Shown here one piece after another: positions 13,092-26,600 of a stretch of DNA of 64,000 bases. The notes below the pieces were generated by a model. That model was not told where the DNA came from, made no database searches, and was given only the letters and a program-made list of their open reading frames with translations. Made by a program: the position numbers and the translations under genes. Every line of letters starts with the position of its first letter. Positions within the stretch are counted from its first letter, which is position 1. The stretch is from Octopus vulgaris (taxonomy: Eukaryota), in contig OX597834.1 in assembly GCA_951406725.2 (NCBI GenBank), positions 9,982,001 to 10,046,000 of the forward strand. The letters are read 5' to 3'.

Positions 13092-13427
13092 TCTTTTTGA
13101 TTCAGTGCGCTGATTCTTCCGTTCTTGAAATTTAGTTGACCTATAGTAGAATTTTTGATAAGGTGTTATTGCTTTAAGCAGTTGCAATGTGTCTACGTTT
13201 TTGAGTATTGGCAGGTGTTTGTTGAAAATTCTTTGCATTGTCATCGTTTTAATTTTTGATGCGTTTCCTAATCAAATATTTTATTTAACAAATAGTGCGT
13301 TACTATAAAATGATTCGTGTCGGATGTAGCGCTAAAGGCATGCTGTCAATAATGGGACATTGTTGTATTGATATGTCTGAATGAAACTGAAATTTTGCGA
13401 TGTTCACTAAATGGTATGTTATATTCC

Positions 13428-13810
13428 GTGGAGGCGCAATGGCCCAGTGGTTAGGGCAGCGGACTCGCGGTCGTAGGATCACGGTTTCGATTCCCAGACC
13501 GGGCGTTGTGAGTGTTTATTGAGCGAAAACACCTAAAGCTCCATGAAGCTCCGGCAGGGATGGTGGTGGTCCCTGCTGTACTCTTTCACCACAACTTTCT
13601 CTTACTCTTACTTCCTGTTTCTGTTGTACCTGTATTTCAAAGGGCCGACCTTGTCACTCTCTGTGTCACGCTGAATATCCCCGAAAACTGCGTTAAGGGT
13701 AAACGTGTCTGTGGAGTGCTCAGCCACTTACACGTTAATTTCACGAGCAGGCTGTTCCGTTGATTCGGATCAACCGGAACCCTCGTCGTCGTAAGCGACG
13801 GAGTGCTTCC
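13428..13810 (+). mobile_element. Full-length tRNA-derived SINE, family B, 12-bp TSD
   Basis: ggaggcgcaatggcccagtggttagggcagcggactcgcggtcg head; TSD atgttatattcc at 13416-13427 and 13811-13822. Confidence 0.93.
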
Positions 13811-14124
13811 ATGTTATATTCCACGGAATATTTTTGCAGTAGCTGAAATTCTTGACTGCTCGAGAAAGAACATAAAGATAATTAGTATACAGTGTGTTCG
13901 AATCCAGCCATCGCCAACTTCACCTTTACTTTTTTATGATAAAACAACATGTGCTAGATATATAGAGCTCGCTGATTTAATAAAGAAATTAATCTAATAG
14001 CTTCTATCCCTCTCATATACAATCTAAGGCACGTGATATTCTAAGAAACATTTAAGGATTAAAATTTCTTGTAGGTTTTACATTCTCATCGTCAAGGCTT
14101 ATTATGGGAATGTCACTCAATTAC

Positions 14125-14254
14125 CTGTAACGCTGTTCGATCGGATGGTCTCAGGGTTCACCTGTTCTGGAATTAGCATCATTGATGGGCATTTCTTCGG
14201 AGATATGTCGATTGGCATGAGAATTTCCAGATTTGAAGAGTATTCTGCATTCAT
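14125..14254 (-). CDS. Speculative first coding exon (MNAEYSSNLEILMPIDISPKKCPSMMLIPEQVNPETIRSNSVT...)
   Basis: Unique, less AT-rich island; ATG with open frame ending at CAG|GTAATT; no recognisable homology. Confidence 0.15.
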
Positions 14255-15959
14255 TCCTTTTATAACGGAGAAATACTTTACATCCGACCACCATATATAA
14301 TATTCATTTATTTATTCCCGAAAATCATTTTGCATCCAAATAACGTATATGGTGATTATCCAATCTATAACAGGGACACATTGTACATCCGGTCACGATA
14401 AAAGATGGCTATTCAATTTGCGTTCATTCATTGTTTTTCCACAAGTTTACATTGAGTATGACGGCCATTTTACAGTCATGCGCCTTAAAAAAGGACAACG
14501 CTTGCACTCATTCAAATTAAATCTCTTTCAAAGTGGAATTAAATTCCTTCCCATATTATTTCTTTTGAGGCTGATCTTTTCCTCCTGCGGGAAGGAATTT
14601 GCATTTTGTTTTGCAACACTCATTGTGTAAAACCAAAAATTCATTCATGCCATTTATAGAAATCGACATGAACGACAAATATATAGCAACTTGAAAGTGG
14701 TGATCTAACTTGCCGATCTGATAATATAGAAGTCATCTCTGGTTGTAAGGAACATTTTAACTCTTCCTTAGATTATCACTTCTTTAGAATTATTTTGCGG
14801 CAACATTTATTTCTTTTATACAATAACACCGATGATTATATTATTGAACACCATTATGATAATACTAGGATTTTGCAATAAGCTATTGAGTAAATACGTA
14901 TTTTATGAGCCAAAATAAAATTTTTAAAAAACCTACAACGATCGAAGAAAAATATTTAAAACAAATATATAACTTTCACTGAAATTTTAAATCAAATTAG
15001 AAAATGAACTATTCATTAAAATATTAGGATTATAAATACAAAAGGAATGTCATTTCTTCTCATTTCTTCTTTGTTGTCCTTATTGAAGTATTAAAAAAAA
15101 AGCAAATGTGTGAAACAAAAGATTAAGCCCAACAGATATGTGAGAATTTGCTCTTCAGTCACGCAGTTTGCAAAAATCATAAGAAATATCTGTGACAAAC
15201 GAATATAACTTCGAGCAGGTAACTTTCTGAAATTTAATTGAATACTTTGCATGCCATGTTAATTCGACAATTTTATTTTTTATTTCGTTTTGGGGGAAGT
15301 ATTTTTAATTTTTTTTTTTTTTTTTTTGGTTTCGTTCACATTTTAGTTTTTTCAATCTCTATTGAATAATATTTCTAAATGGACGGAAGACCGTTGGATA
15401 ATGTATGGCTTTGCATGCAAGTTAAATACATTGTGCAAAGTTAGACTTTGTCCATATAGAATTAGACTGTATTCAGCAAAATAAAAAGTAAAATAAATAT
15501 AAAATTATATAAAAATAGACAGGTTGAAATACTGATTGCGGCTCATTTTTTATATGTTAATATAGCTTTTCGTTTAAAAAGTTAATTCGTAATTCGTTGT
15601 ATTGCCGAACATAGTCGTGAATATTGAAACCTAACGTACCATTCCATCGAAATTTGTGCGATCAGCATGTAAAGAAATGGAAACCATATAAGTCGCATTT
15701 TAATTTTTGTCCATTCAATGACTGCCACACATACATACACTTGCAGGCTCAAATCTTAAGACTAAACATGTAGGAGATAGTTCATTCTCCTACAAATTAG
15801 AGTCAAATTTTTCATCAAATACCCCACAGTTGTCTAAAAAGAAGAGGATGGATTACGTAATGTGATTTTGGATACAGAATATTTTAATAAGCTTGAATAG
15901 TCACAGTTTATAGTAGCTCTTCTTAAATATAGCTGACTTTAGACTAAATACCAACACTA

Positions 15960-16295
15960 TCTATTTATCTATCCGCTCAGTCGAAGTCGACTCTCGGTTA
16001 CTCGTTGGATCAGTGTCCTCCGGTCAGTTCTATCCTGGGCTGCTTCTTTCAGATTGGCTATGTCCATTCCGGTATCACTCTTCATGGTGTCAAGCCAGCG
16101 GGTTTTTGGTCGGCCTTTTCCTCTCTTGCCACTGACCATTCCGAGCATGATGTCCTTCTCCAGGGATTTTCTCCGCGTAATATGACCGAAATATACCAAT
16201 ATATGCTTGGTGATCCTAGCTTCTAGCGACATTTTCGGCCTGATCTGCTTAAGCACATCTCCATTGGTGAACCTCGCTGTCCATGGAATCCGTAA
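15960..16295 (-). mobile_element. 3' fragment of RTE-clade LINE (ORF C-terminus)
   Basis: LRIPWTA..TN.DVL....YFGHITRR.SLEKDIMLG.V.GKR..GRPK.RWLD....D is the typical RTE C-terminal region; short (ATAG)n-like tail. Confidence 0.88.
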
Positions 16296-16654
16296 AAATA
16301 CCAACACACACATTGTTAAATGCACTCGCATTCACACGCCGATTCATATACCAAAAGTACTTTCTCATGTCTAATCCCAAATATTTGGATCTGTAGTCAG
16401 CACTGCTTGTCTATGTAACATACGCCATGAATTTAATGGCTGCGATGCTTACAATTGTATCTCAAGCTATATACTATTTCTGTCTTTGCCAACATTTTTA
16501 GCGAATAATATTTTTAGTGAATGTATTCTGAACATGAAGTTTTCATGAAGCCAAGAAGGAATAAGGATCATCCCATTTTAGATCTATGAGATTCTGACAG
16601 CTGTGTTTCACAAGACAGCTAATATAACTTAGATGTTTATATGAATCAACGAAT

Positions 16655-16757
16655 TACCCCCTCTGTCGTCGGCGGAATTTGAACTCAAAACGTAAGGAGA
16701 GACGACATGCCCAATGCCGCAAAGCATTTTCATATGTGTTACCAATTCTGCTAGCTC

Positions 16758-16802
<45 letters not shown>

Positions 16803-17018
16803 CGTTTTAGATTTTGCTGCAAAGGAAGTAATTTTAAAGGAGGGGATGAATCGATGTAATCGATTCCCGTTTGCTCTTGGTGCCTATTTTTATTGACCCT
16901 GAACAGATAAAAGGCAAAGGTGACTTCGATGGAATTTGAACTCAGAACAGAGAGACAGGCGAAATACTGCTAAGCATTGCATCCAGCGTATTAACGATTT
17001 TGCCACCTTACCGCCTTA
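16655..17018 (-). mobile_element. SINE family D, two degenerate partial copies separated by (AAT)n
   Basis: ggcggaatttgaactca.aacgtaa and aaaggcaaaggtgac motifs. Confidence 0.7.
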
Positions 17019-17078
17019 AAATGTAAAGACGGACCATATGCCACTTAACATTTAGCCCGATGTGTGAACCGTTCTGCC

Positions 17079-17125
<47 letters not shown>

Positions 17126-17714
17126 TAATAACCACCGCTGTTGTCATCGAACACTGTGTCATCAACCTCATCATCATCATCACCCTGATCATTATATTTC
17201 TATATCCTGAAAAAAAAAAGTATCTCTCACGGCTAAATTGCACTTTTTTCCATCTCATTAAATTGTAAAATTGGTATCGGATTCTCACTAATACATGGCA
17301 TCCATTTTGTTATATCTTCAATTTGAAATTAGGATTGCACACGTGCTGCAACGTTGATGTGGCATATTCAAATTATATCACCTACACAGCAACCAAGGCA
17401 AAATGACGTACACAAAAATGTCTGAATTAATTGAAATTTACTCTGCACACCTCACTAATAACTTTGCGAAATGCATGAATGCCTTTTAATCTCATTCTAT
17501 TCTATACAGATCGTTGTCATTTTCTCAATATCTGTAAACAAATATATAAACCTGTTGGTCAAACTTTTTAGAATATAAAATCTACCAATTAAATAATGTT
17601 TGAATATGTTTACGGACACCTTATTGATTGTTTGTTTATGATATAATCAGAAATGAAGAGGCAATAAATAAAATTACCTTGAACATGTTGTGTACTTACA
17701 CAAGTGCTTGAGAA

Positions 17715-18385
17715 AACAATGTGTTTTCGTGTAATTCTGTTTTCTGTTGGGGAAAGTGGCAGCCGAAACAGGTTGTCATACTTCAAACAGCTTACAAGGA
17801 CGCTGCCAGAAGCAAAACACAAGTTTACGAGCGGTTTTTCATACTGAAGGAATGGTCACTTGTCGCTTGAAGACGAACCTCGTTCAGAGTAACCACCGAC
17901 CTTCCGAACCAATGAAAACCTTATGAAAATTCATAACTGACCTTGGAGGATCGTCACTGAACAATTAAACTTCTTGATATAATTGGTGTGACCTGCAACT
18001 CCTGCCAATGAATTATGAGTGAGGAATTGCGAAGGAAATGAGTTGCAGCAAAATTTGTGCCACCCTTGCTCACGGAAGATCAAAAGCAATCGCGTGGTGA
18101 ACTGAAAGAGCAGTTGAAAGTTGATCTGGGACTTTTTTCGAAGGACATCACTGGTGAGGAAAGCTACGGAATTTGCAGGTGTAGAAGAGGTGAAGAAGAG
18201 AGCGACGGAGGCGTTGAAAGGCATCACTTCGCAGGAGTTCCAGCACTGCTACGGACAGTGGAAAATGCGTCTGGACCGAAGATTTGCTTCCAATGGAGAA
18301 TACTTTGAAGGCGATAAAAGTGTAAACATGTAAAATCGTATGGACAAAATAATATTGCAAAATTCGGTTTATGGGTACCCCTGCA
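17715..18385 (+). mobile_element. Internally deleted mariner transposase relic
   Basis: N-terminal HTH-like remnant (LQTAYKDAA.SKTQVYE.F...LEDEPRS) joined to the C-terminus FAGVEEVKK...WK.RL.R..ASNGEYFEGD; catalytic region missing. Confidence 0.8.
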
Positions 18386-19282
18386 GTTAAGATCAACAGG
18401 GCCAGGTCTCCTGGCCCTGTAGAGATAATGAAAGAAGAAGACATCGATTGTGTATCTCAAGACATGATATAATTGATATTTAGAAAACAAAAGTATTCAT
18501 CAGGAATGTTGGAATCCCTTTGGAATAAGTTTGTCTGAGACTATAGCAGAAGCGCTTCTGCATGTTTACCTCGGTGGACTCGAACTTGGAATTACATGAT
18601 TACAGAGAAACTTCTTCCAGCACAGTAGCATATATGCGTGTGCTTACTCTATTAATGACATTATTAAGAGCATGAATTTCTGAGAATCTTCTTTAGATAC
18701 ACTACACGCACAAGCAATATATACAGCCATCCATACATACACACATATATACACACACATGCATGTATGTATGTATGTATTTATAAGAGTGTGTGTGCGT
18801 TGTACTTTGCGCATTTGTAGGAAATCAATTATCGTTGAAGTGTGTTTCAATTCAAAGAAGTCATTTCATTAACGCTTCTGATGTCATTAACAAATTTGTA
18901 ATACAAAAAAAAAAAAGGAAAAAGAAAAAGACAAAAAAAAAGAAAAAAAGGAAACGAAGAAAGCAAAGAGACATTCGCACATCTTGAAATTTTGCTTCCA
19001 CTAATGGATCAGATAACTTGTGTAGCCTATTTAACGACTCTTTTGTTTTGTTCACATGCACAACATTCAATGAAATATCTCTAAGCGTATCGTAAGTGAA
19101 GTGCGCTCCAGCAGAACGTTTTCTTGGATTGTCAGAAGGAAATAAATGTCTCAGAGTTAATTCTAGGTCATTGCATTATTCTTAGTCAACTGTTACGTAT
19201 CTTATTGTAACCCTGATGTGTAAAAGTTTGGAGATACTTCCGACAGAATGTGTGAAGTGAAATTGTATGAACATGTTTCTAC

Positions 19283-19805
19283 ACATAATTATTACGATAG
19301 TGTGGCTCCAAATAGTTTAATCAATGGCTTCATCGCGTGTCGTAGTCGTGTGCATTTCGTTTCTAATAGAAATTCGTGTTTATAATGTCAAATATTTTGT
19401 CACGTTGCTAATTCAAACATCTACATTATGTATGTCACAATACAAAGACACACAAACACACATATATATAGTAAGTAGGTGAGATCTAGAGATGCTCGAT
19501 AAAGAAAACACGAAGTAGATCTCATGATTTGAAATGAAACTCCGAGGTTTTATCGAGGAAATGGCCCTCGTGGTAAGGGGTGACTATAAGAGAAATTCGG
19601 ATGCGCTTATATGGAGATAGCGATGCAGATAAACACGATAATTATTACGATAGCCCGTGGCTCCAAATAGCTTAATCAATGGCTTCATCGCGTGTCGTAG
19701 ACGTGTGCATTTCGTTTCTAATAGAAATTCGTATTTATAATGTCAAATATTTTGTCACGTTGCTAATTCAAACATCTACATTATGTATGTCACAATACAC
19801 ACACA
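19283..19805 (+). repeat. ~170-bp direct repeat pair flanking a ~185-bp insert
   Basis: ataattattacgatag...tgtcacaatac at ~19285-19445 and ~19638-19800. Confidence 0.9.
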
Positions 19806-19979
19806 CACGAATACTACGCTTTATCTTTTACTTTTTATTGTCTTTCTTTGTTGTATATCGCCTTCGAAGTCACAATTAGAAATTGTATCCGTAAATTTAC
19901 TACTGGTTGACTGTTGTTTTCACAGAAGACATGAAGATTCCTTGGTTTATGCTTTCTGAACATACATACATATATATAT

Positions 19980-20117
19980 AACGGGAAGCTTTATGAAAAT
20001 AGACGAAGGCAGGTGGAAAACAAACAAACAAACAATTGTATTAGTATGGCGCTCAGGAAATATAAATAAAACAAGTCTTTAACGTTTCGAGCCTACGCTC
20101 TTCAACAGAAAGATACA
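19980..20117 (-). mobile_element. Short (TA)n-embedded element with variant minimal HHR (20076-20113)
   Basis: Minus strand UCUUU-CUGUUGA-a-GAGC-guag-GCUC-GAAA-CG-UU-AAAGA; same family at 27895, 44450 and 60817. Confidence 0.7.
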
Positions 20118-20327
20118 TATATATATATACTTTTTTTATTAAGCTCTCTTTATATCGTCTCTTACTCCGAAAGCAGTCGCATGTGGCAGCACCAACAGAC
20201 GCCACTCAAAATTCCCTCGTGTTTATTAAAACTCTACTTTAATCTTCAATCTTAAATCAATTCAATTGTAACATTTCATCGTCTACGGTCTACTCATTAG
20301 TCTGCCTTTTATATGTCCATTGTATAA

Positions 20328-20505
20328 ATCGTCTGCCGTTACGGTCTGAGTTCAAATTCCGTCGAGGTCGACTTTACCTTTCATCCTTTCGGGGTCGATT
20401 AATTAAACACCAGTTACGTAGTGGTGTCGATGTAATCGACTTAATCACTTAGTCTGTCCTTGTTTGTCCCCTCTATGTTTAGCCCCCTTGTGGGCAATAA
20501 AGAAA
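20328..20505 (+). mobile_element. SINE family D, 5'-truncated
   Basis: gagttcaaattcc...gaggtcgacttt.cctttcatcctttcggggtcga...accag central domain and tail. Confidence 0.85.
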
Positions 20506-20524
20506 TATATATGTCCATTGTATT

Positions 20525-21145
20525 TTCTTTCTTCCACCTCCTTTCCTTCATTTAACTCTCTCCTTCCTCTTCTTCCCGTTTCTCTCCTTCCTTCTTCTCT
20601 CCTTCCTTCTTGTCCTCTTCCTTTCTCTATACTCATTTTGCTGCTGCTGCTGCTACTGCTGCTACAAATGCTTTGCTCGTCTCCCACTTATCTTCTCCCT
20701 CCTCCTCCTTCACATGTACCTTCCTCCCTCATCGCAACTCCCCTCGCTTAACCTCTCCTCCCGCCTCTCAGCTTGACACTCCGCTTACGCCTCCTCCTCT
20801 GTTCCTCGCACCTTTCTCCTCCATTTATCCTTTTCCCTCAACTACTACTACAACAACAACGATCACTACTAATACTAATACTACAATTCATGAACCTGTT
20901 CCTGGTGGTACTGATGATGATGATGATACCATTACCAACACCACCCCCGCCACGACCAACACCAATACTACCAACACTACTGCTGCTACTACTACTATTA
21001 CTATTGCTTCTACTACTACAACTACTACCACCACCACCGCCGCCACCTCCTACTTTTCCTCACAACCTTCATTACTTTTTCAATGCCTCCTTTCTGTCGG
21101 ATCTGTTATATCTTAGTCGCATTTTTTGTAGTTGTTGTTGTTGAT
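20525..21145. repeat. Low-complexity CT-rich and trinucleotide (CTG/CCT/ACT/ACC) tract
   Basis: Directly visible; source of the poly-T/L/P ORFs. Confidence 0.85.
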
Positions 21146-22051
21146 GTTTCTGCTACGTAGATAGAGCTAAATTCTGCACTCATTTACCGAAAACCGTAAA
21201 ATACAAATCAACAATGCAAAGAACTCATTCACATATGCAAGTGATGTAGCGAACATCAAAGTTTGACTTCCTCATATATTCATAAAAAAAATAAATGCAT
21301 TATTCATTAAGTTTAATTTTTTTTCTTTTAGCGTGCATTCGAAATGAAACTGTTAACTTCTGTCGTAAGCTCATACATACGTATACTAACCATTAGATTT
21401 TTATATGCACATAGCACTAAAACAGATGAGTCGTGTAACATATGAACATACGTAGATAGACATATTCCTACACAAAAAGAGACACATAAGTCTTTATACC
21501 ATTCAGCTGTGCGTGTATGTGTGTGTGTATACAAGCAACCAAATCTAAAATGTAACTTATATGACCTTGAGAAAAATGTACGCCAAATTGTTATCTGAGA
21601 AAATATAGCATAAACAGACGAAAATAATACTCGAACAGATAAAAACGTATCTGAAATGAATAGTTTATCAATAAGTTTGTTTAGAGAAAGTGGTGAGGAA
21701 ATCTTCTCTCTCCATGAAAACATGACAAAGATTTTGAAGTATCGCACAAAATCAAAAAAAAAAATGTGTATGTATATATATATATATATATACACACATA
21801 TATATATATATATCATAACGAACCAAATCAAAGATTATATCTCCCGCTGAAAATGATCTGATTGTACTTAATAAGAGGATACCCAGGTTTCCAAAATTAG
21901 AATATATGAGAGTATATATATTATATTAAATTAGAGATAAAACCACTATTAGGCAAATCATACAATGAAAAACTTAAGCCAATACATAAGATTAATTAAT
22001 TTATATTATTTAAATATATATCAAAATTATTAAAAAAGATAATTAATATAA

Positions 22052-22116
22052 CACTACGATCGTTTCATGGCTGTTCAGTTCTTAAAATTTTTGAGTTACA
22101 GTAATTCTTCAGGTGG
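22052..22116 (-). ncRNA. Candidate type I hammerhead ribozyme inside a (TA)n-flanked element (~21815-22150)
   Basis: Minus strand CAC-CUGAAGA-auuaCUGU...ACAGccau-GAAA-CGAUCG-UA-GUG: canonical core, palindromic stem III, GUA triplet. Confidence 0.72.
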
Positions 22117-22148
22117 TTTACATATTTAACTTGGCGAGGTTTAATCAA

Positions 22149-22189
<41 letters not shown>

Positions 22190-22193
<4 letters not shown>

Positions 22194-22403
22194 TTTTATT
22201 CTCTTATTTGCCTAAGATTTTTTAATGCGTCCACGCTGGAGCGCCAGCTTTAGTCGATGAAATTGACCCCACCACTTCTTTGTCAGCCTAATTATTATTC
22301 TATCAGTATCTTTTGCCGGACCGGTAGGTTGCGGGGACACAAACACACCAACATCAGATGTCAAGTCATAGTGGGGTACAAACACAGATACACAAACAAT
22401 CAC

Positions 22404-22434
<31 letters not shown>

Positions 22435-23105
22435 TATTTGCTAGCAGAGATACCCGGCGTTGCTCGGGATTAAAATTGCATAGTCTGTATATAATATATT
22501 ACAGTTATGTTGGAACAGATGATATGGGAAAGTGCAGCATTGACTACACTAAAGCTGAAGCTGTTTTCGGATATGATCCATCCCATTATTATATAAATAA
22601 TAATTCTGTACAAATTGGTGTGCTGAACACAAATTGTCTTTTATGTAGATCTTTAAAATTTTCAAATGAAACAAATAGCACGTGCTGGTCAGGAGTTAAT
22701 AATGGGCTAATTCGACTAAGAAATATGCTGTACGTCCGTTTGGAGTATTTCAGTCCCTAACCTGTGGGTGTTATGTGATTTTTGAACGCACCGAAAAGCT
22801 ACCAGTGGACCCCAGGACTTATTCTTGTAAGCCTAGCGCATATTCTATCGGTCCCTATTGCAAACCGCTAAGATATGGGGACGTAAACACACCAGCATCG
22901 GTTGTCAAGCGATATTGGGGGGAGGACAAACAGAGACACACAAACATATACACATACACATATATATACATACATATATACGACGGGTTTCTTTCAGTTT
23001 CCGTCTACCAAATCCACTCACAAGGCTTTGGTCGGCCCGCGGCTATAGTAGAAGACACTTGCCCAAGGTTCCACCCAGTGGGACTGAACACGGAACCATG
23101 TGGTT
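22190..23105 (-). mobile_element. Two partial family A SINEs separated by a Helitron 3' fragment
   Basis: Tail part 22190-22435; body and head 22808-23105; ctagcagagatacccggcgttgctcggg (Helitron 3' hairpin/CTAG) at ~22442. Confidence 0.75.
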
Positions 23106-23489
23106 CTTAAGCAAGGAGCCCATATGTCAATGAATGATTGTGAAATATATGTCAATATAGATACGTAAATGAGAATATTGTGTTCGATTATAAGAATTGC
23201 TATTACTGTCGTTTTGCTGGTATATTTTTAGCATATGGCTTTCAATGCACAGCGGAACTTTGGTTTAGAAACAATTGATACATGCTATTTTGGGTTTTTG
23301 TATCTTTATTGATAGTACTCAAAGGTTTAGATATCAAACCTCTAGTGGTTCTCGTACTTCTGTTTTCTAATAACTGTCTCCTTGTCTATCTACCTTTTTA
23401 GCTCTATCCCCACTCCATCCATCTATCTATTAATATATCTGTCTGTCTATTGATCAGTCTGTTGTTTGTTTGTCTGTCTGACTGTCTAT

Positions 23490-23700
23490 TTGTCTGTCGC
23501 CTCGTACCGTTGGCGATTTTTTTCCCTCTGTATTCCCTTCTCTGGCTCTTTCCTTCTACTATGTTTCCGACGAGGAGCTCCGCTCGAAACGTTAAACCCT
23601 CCTTCTTTCCTTCTTTCCTGAGCGTCCAATAATATTATATTTGTTCCACGTCCTCGCGTTGATATGTTTTTTTTTTGTGCTTTGTTGTTTGGATTAACTA
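23490..23700 (+). mobile_element. Short element with variant minimal HHR (23563-23597)
   Basis: GUUU-CCGACGA-g-GAGC-ucc-GCUC-GAAA-CG-UU-AAAC; downstream cctgagcg motif shared with the 20076 family; ends in (TA)n. Confidence 0.68.
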
Positions 23701-23714
23701 TATATATATATATA

Positions 23715-23771
23715 TATTTTTATACGTGTGTCTAAGTGCGTTTGTGTAAATATTTATATATGAATATATAC

Positions 23772-23808
<37 letters not shown>

Positions 23809-23929
23809 GTGTGTCTATGTGCGTTTGTGTAAATATTTATATATGAATATATACATTATATATATACATATATGTATATATACGTGTGTCTATGTGCGTT
23901 TGTGTAAATATTTATATATGAATATATAC

Positions 23930-23963
<34 letters not shown>

Positions 23964-24012
23964 TGTTTGTCTATGTGCGTTTGTGTAAATATTTATAAAT
24001 GAATATATACAG

Positions 24013-24065
<53 letters not shown>
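23715..24065. repeat. Minisatellite, ~65-90-bp unit x4-5 (tgtgtctatgtgcgtttgtgtaaatatttatatatgaatatatac + variable TA)
   Basis: Directly visible. Confidence 0.9.
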
Positions 24066-24615
24066 TAGATACATATACACACGTACTTATATATGAATAT
24101 ACATACTTACGTGCGTGCGTATATGTCAACAAATCCCCAGGCATTACCTTTGTAATTGTTTACATCTGGTTATTCCGATGGGCATTTATCATCATTCGAA
24201 TTTCGTTTCGTTTTCGTTTCCCAACTTTTCCATTCCCATGTCTATCACCGTCTCTATTTCAACATGTTTCTATTGGAATATTTTTTTCCCAATCACTTGT
24301 AGAGATATTTCATAGTATAATAATAACTATAATTTGACTAGCGTCGAGGCCAAAATTTTATGTATTTATTGTGGACCTTATAAACAATATCATCATGATT
24401 TGACTTCAGCGCACATCATGTGATTACGAATAATCTGATTAGTTTGTTATATGTTCCCTGACGTCTTTGCTGTACATCTCTAATCCAAGTTTTCTGACCG
24501 TCTTTCGTAATGCTGACAACTTTAGAAAAAGCGTCAGCCAAGACAATTTGTGCATCCTTGTATGTATTTATTAACCAATGTATCTACTATCTACCTATCT
24601 TCATTCGTGTGTGTG

Positions 24616-24659
<44 letters not shown>

Positions 24660-24978
24660 CTACTACTACGATAATCACAAGTCTTGATGTCACCGATCTC
24701 TATATTAATATACCTCACACTTTAGACCTGGATAGAGAAATATAGAGAATGGATAAATGAAAGCTGACTTCAGCACCAAAGCCACGTGCCTATTACTAGA
24801 GGAAAATATCTTTAGATTCGACAATAAAATATATCGATAGATCAAGGGCACAGCCATAGGTACGCGGTTTGCGCCCCCATATGCAAAGTTAGTTAAGGGT
24901 TACTTGGAAGAAAAACTTTATTGTGTGTGTACGCGCGCGCGTTTGTCTGTGTATGCATATACGTATCATCGCGATATC

Positions 24979-25295
24979 AAGACCGGGCGTTGTGAGTGCT
25001 TATTGGGCGAGAACACCTAAAAGCTCCACGAGGTTCCGGCTGTGGATGGTGGCCCAGCTCTGCTATATTCCTTCACCACAACTTCCTCTAACTCTCTCTT
25101 ACTGTTTCTGTTGTACATGTATTTCAAAAGGCCAGCCTTGTCACACTCTGTGTCTCGCTGAATCTCCCCGAGAACTACGTTAAGGGTACACGTGTCTGTG
25201 GAGTGCTCAGCCACTTGCAGGTTAATTTCATGAGCAGGCTGTTCCGTTGATCGGATCAACTGGAACCCTCGTCGTCGCAACAGATGGAGTGCCAG
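24979..25295 (+). mobile_element. SINE family B, 5'-truncated
   Basis: agaccgggcgttgtgagtg...gaaccctcgtcgtcg...ggagtgcca. Confidence 0.88.
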
Positions 25296-25437
25296 GATAT
25301 ATATACGTATATATGTGTGTGTGTGTGTGTCTGTCTGTCTGTGTGTTTATATGTGTGTGTGTATATATATACATAAATATATATATGTGTGTGTGTGTGC
25401 GTGTGTTTATATGTGAGTGTATATATATATATATATT

Positions 25438-25473
<36 letters not shown>

Positions 25474-26031
25474 TGCATACATGTATTTCGTTATGTATCT
25501 ATATATGAATATAGTTATATGAACAAAAGGCAGTCTGGACAATTACTGTCGCCGAACCTTCTTCCATTGCACAAAAGCTTGTCTTTACGGCACACTCCAT
25601 TTTATATCCTTTACTTCCTTGAAAAGAAGATAATAAAATTCTCTTTTGTTCATGTTTTGTAGTTATTTGTACTATCGTCTCATTATTCTTCTATAATAAC
25701 TTGTCGTCTTTTGAGACGTCTTTCATAAATGTTACATAGAGATTAGAACTTCACTTTTGACATTAAGTTTACTCTCCGGCAAACTTTCGAAGATGTATTC
25801 TAAATGCAGTCCATCTTTTGTTCTGGTTTTGTTAATGAATTCATCGTTCAAGTGAACTTGCTATAACTAACATATTACATTGACATCTAACTTCTTTATA
25901 TCGATTTTCATATTTGGGAGCATTTAGCAACGTTCCATTTATGAAGAAAATGGGTCTGTAATATACTTTCACAAAATTTCTTTCATTTATGCATTTCTAA
26001 CCATGTCTTCTAATTCAATGATATCATAGTA

Positions 26032-26600
26032 TTGGGTTGTCCGGAAAGTTCGTGCCGATTTTTAAAGGAAAGAAAAAGGTCAATAAATATCTGCCATTAC
26101 ATTTCTAATCAACCAAGTATGAACCATTTTGTTCTACAATGCGTCTCCGTCTTTCCTTTAACTTGAAAATATCCTCTTCCAAGAATTGAGGCGGTTTCAT
26201 GGCAAACAATTCATTAATGCATCTTTTTACGTCATCAAAGGAATTGAAATTTTTTACCATTAAGACTATTCTGCAGAGATCAGAATAAGTGGAAATCCGA
26301 AGGAGCAATATCTAGTGAATATGGAGGGTTGAGTAACACATCCCAGTCGAGCTGGAGCTATTTTTTTGTCTGGTTCCCAAAGCATCAATTGCCGAAAATG
26401 AACTTTCTTATCTTCCATTTTAAAAGATTACAGAATTAAGACAGGTTATAGGAACATAAACCTTCTTCCACGAAAAGATAGCGTAAACTGTGCACTAAAT
26501 GGAGGTGTAGTCAAATCCTATTTTATGGACTTCAACATGTTCTAAAATAAGTCAAAATGTAAGCTACTATGAATCGGCACGAACTTTCCGGACAACCCAA
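26032..26600 (-). mobile_element. Non-autonomous mariner (internal deletion), perfect 29-bp TIRs, TA TSD
   Basis: ttgggttgtccggaaagttcgtgccgatt / aatcggcacgaactttccggacaacccaa; minus-strand LDWDVLLNPPYSLDIAPSDFHL and ...F..KPPQF.EE.I.KL.ER...IVEQNGSY. Confidence 0.93.

Noticed and set aside
13428-13500. tRNA-like sequences at SINE heads
   Set aside because: A and B boxes are present, but there is no complete cloverleaf and they run into SINE bodies; not tRNA genes.
23715-24065. Regularly spaced repeats resembling a CRISPR array
   Set aside because: Spacers are only variable (TA)n; eukaryotic context; no cas genes.
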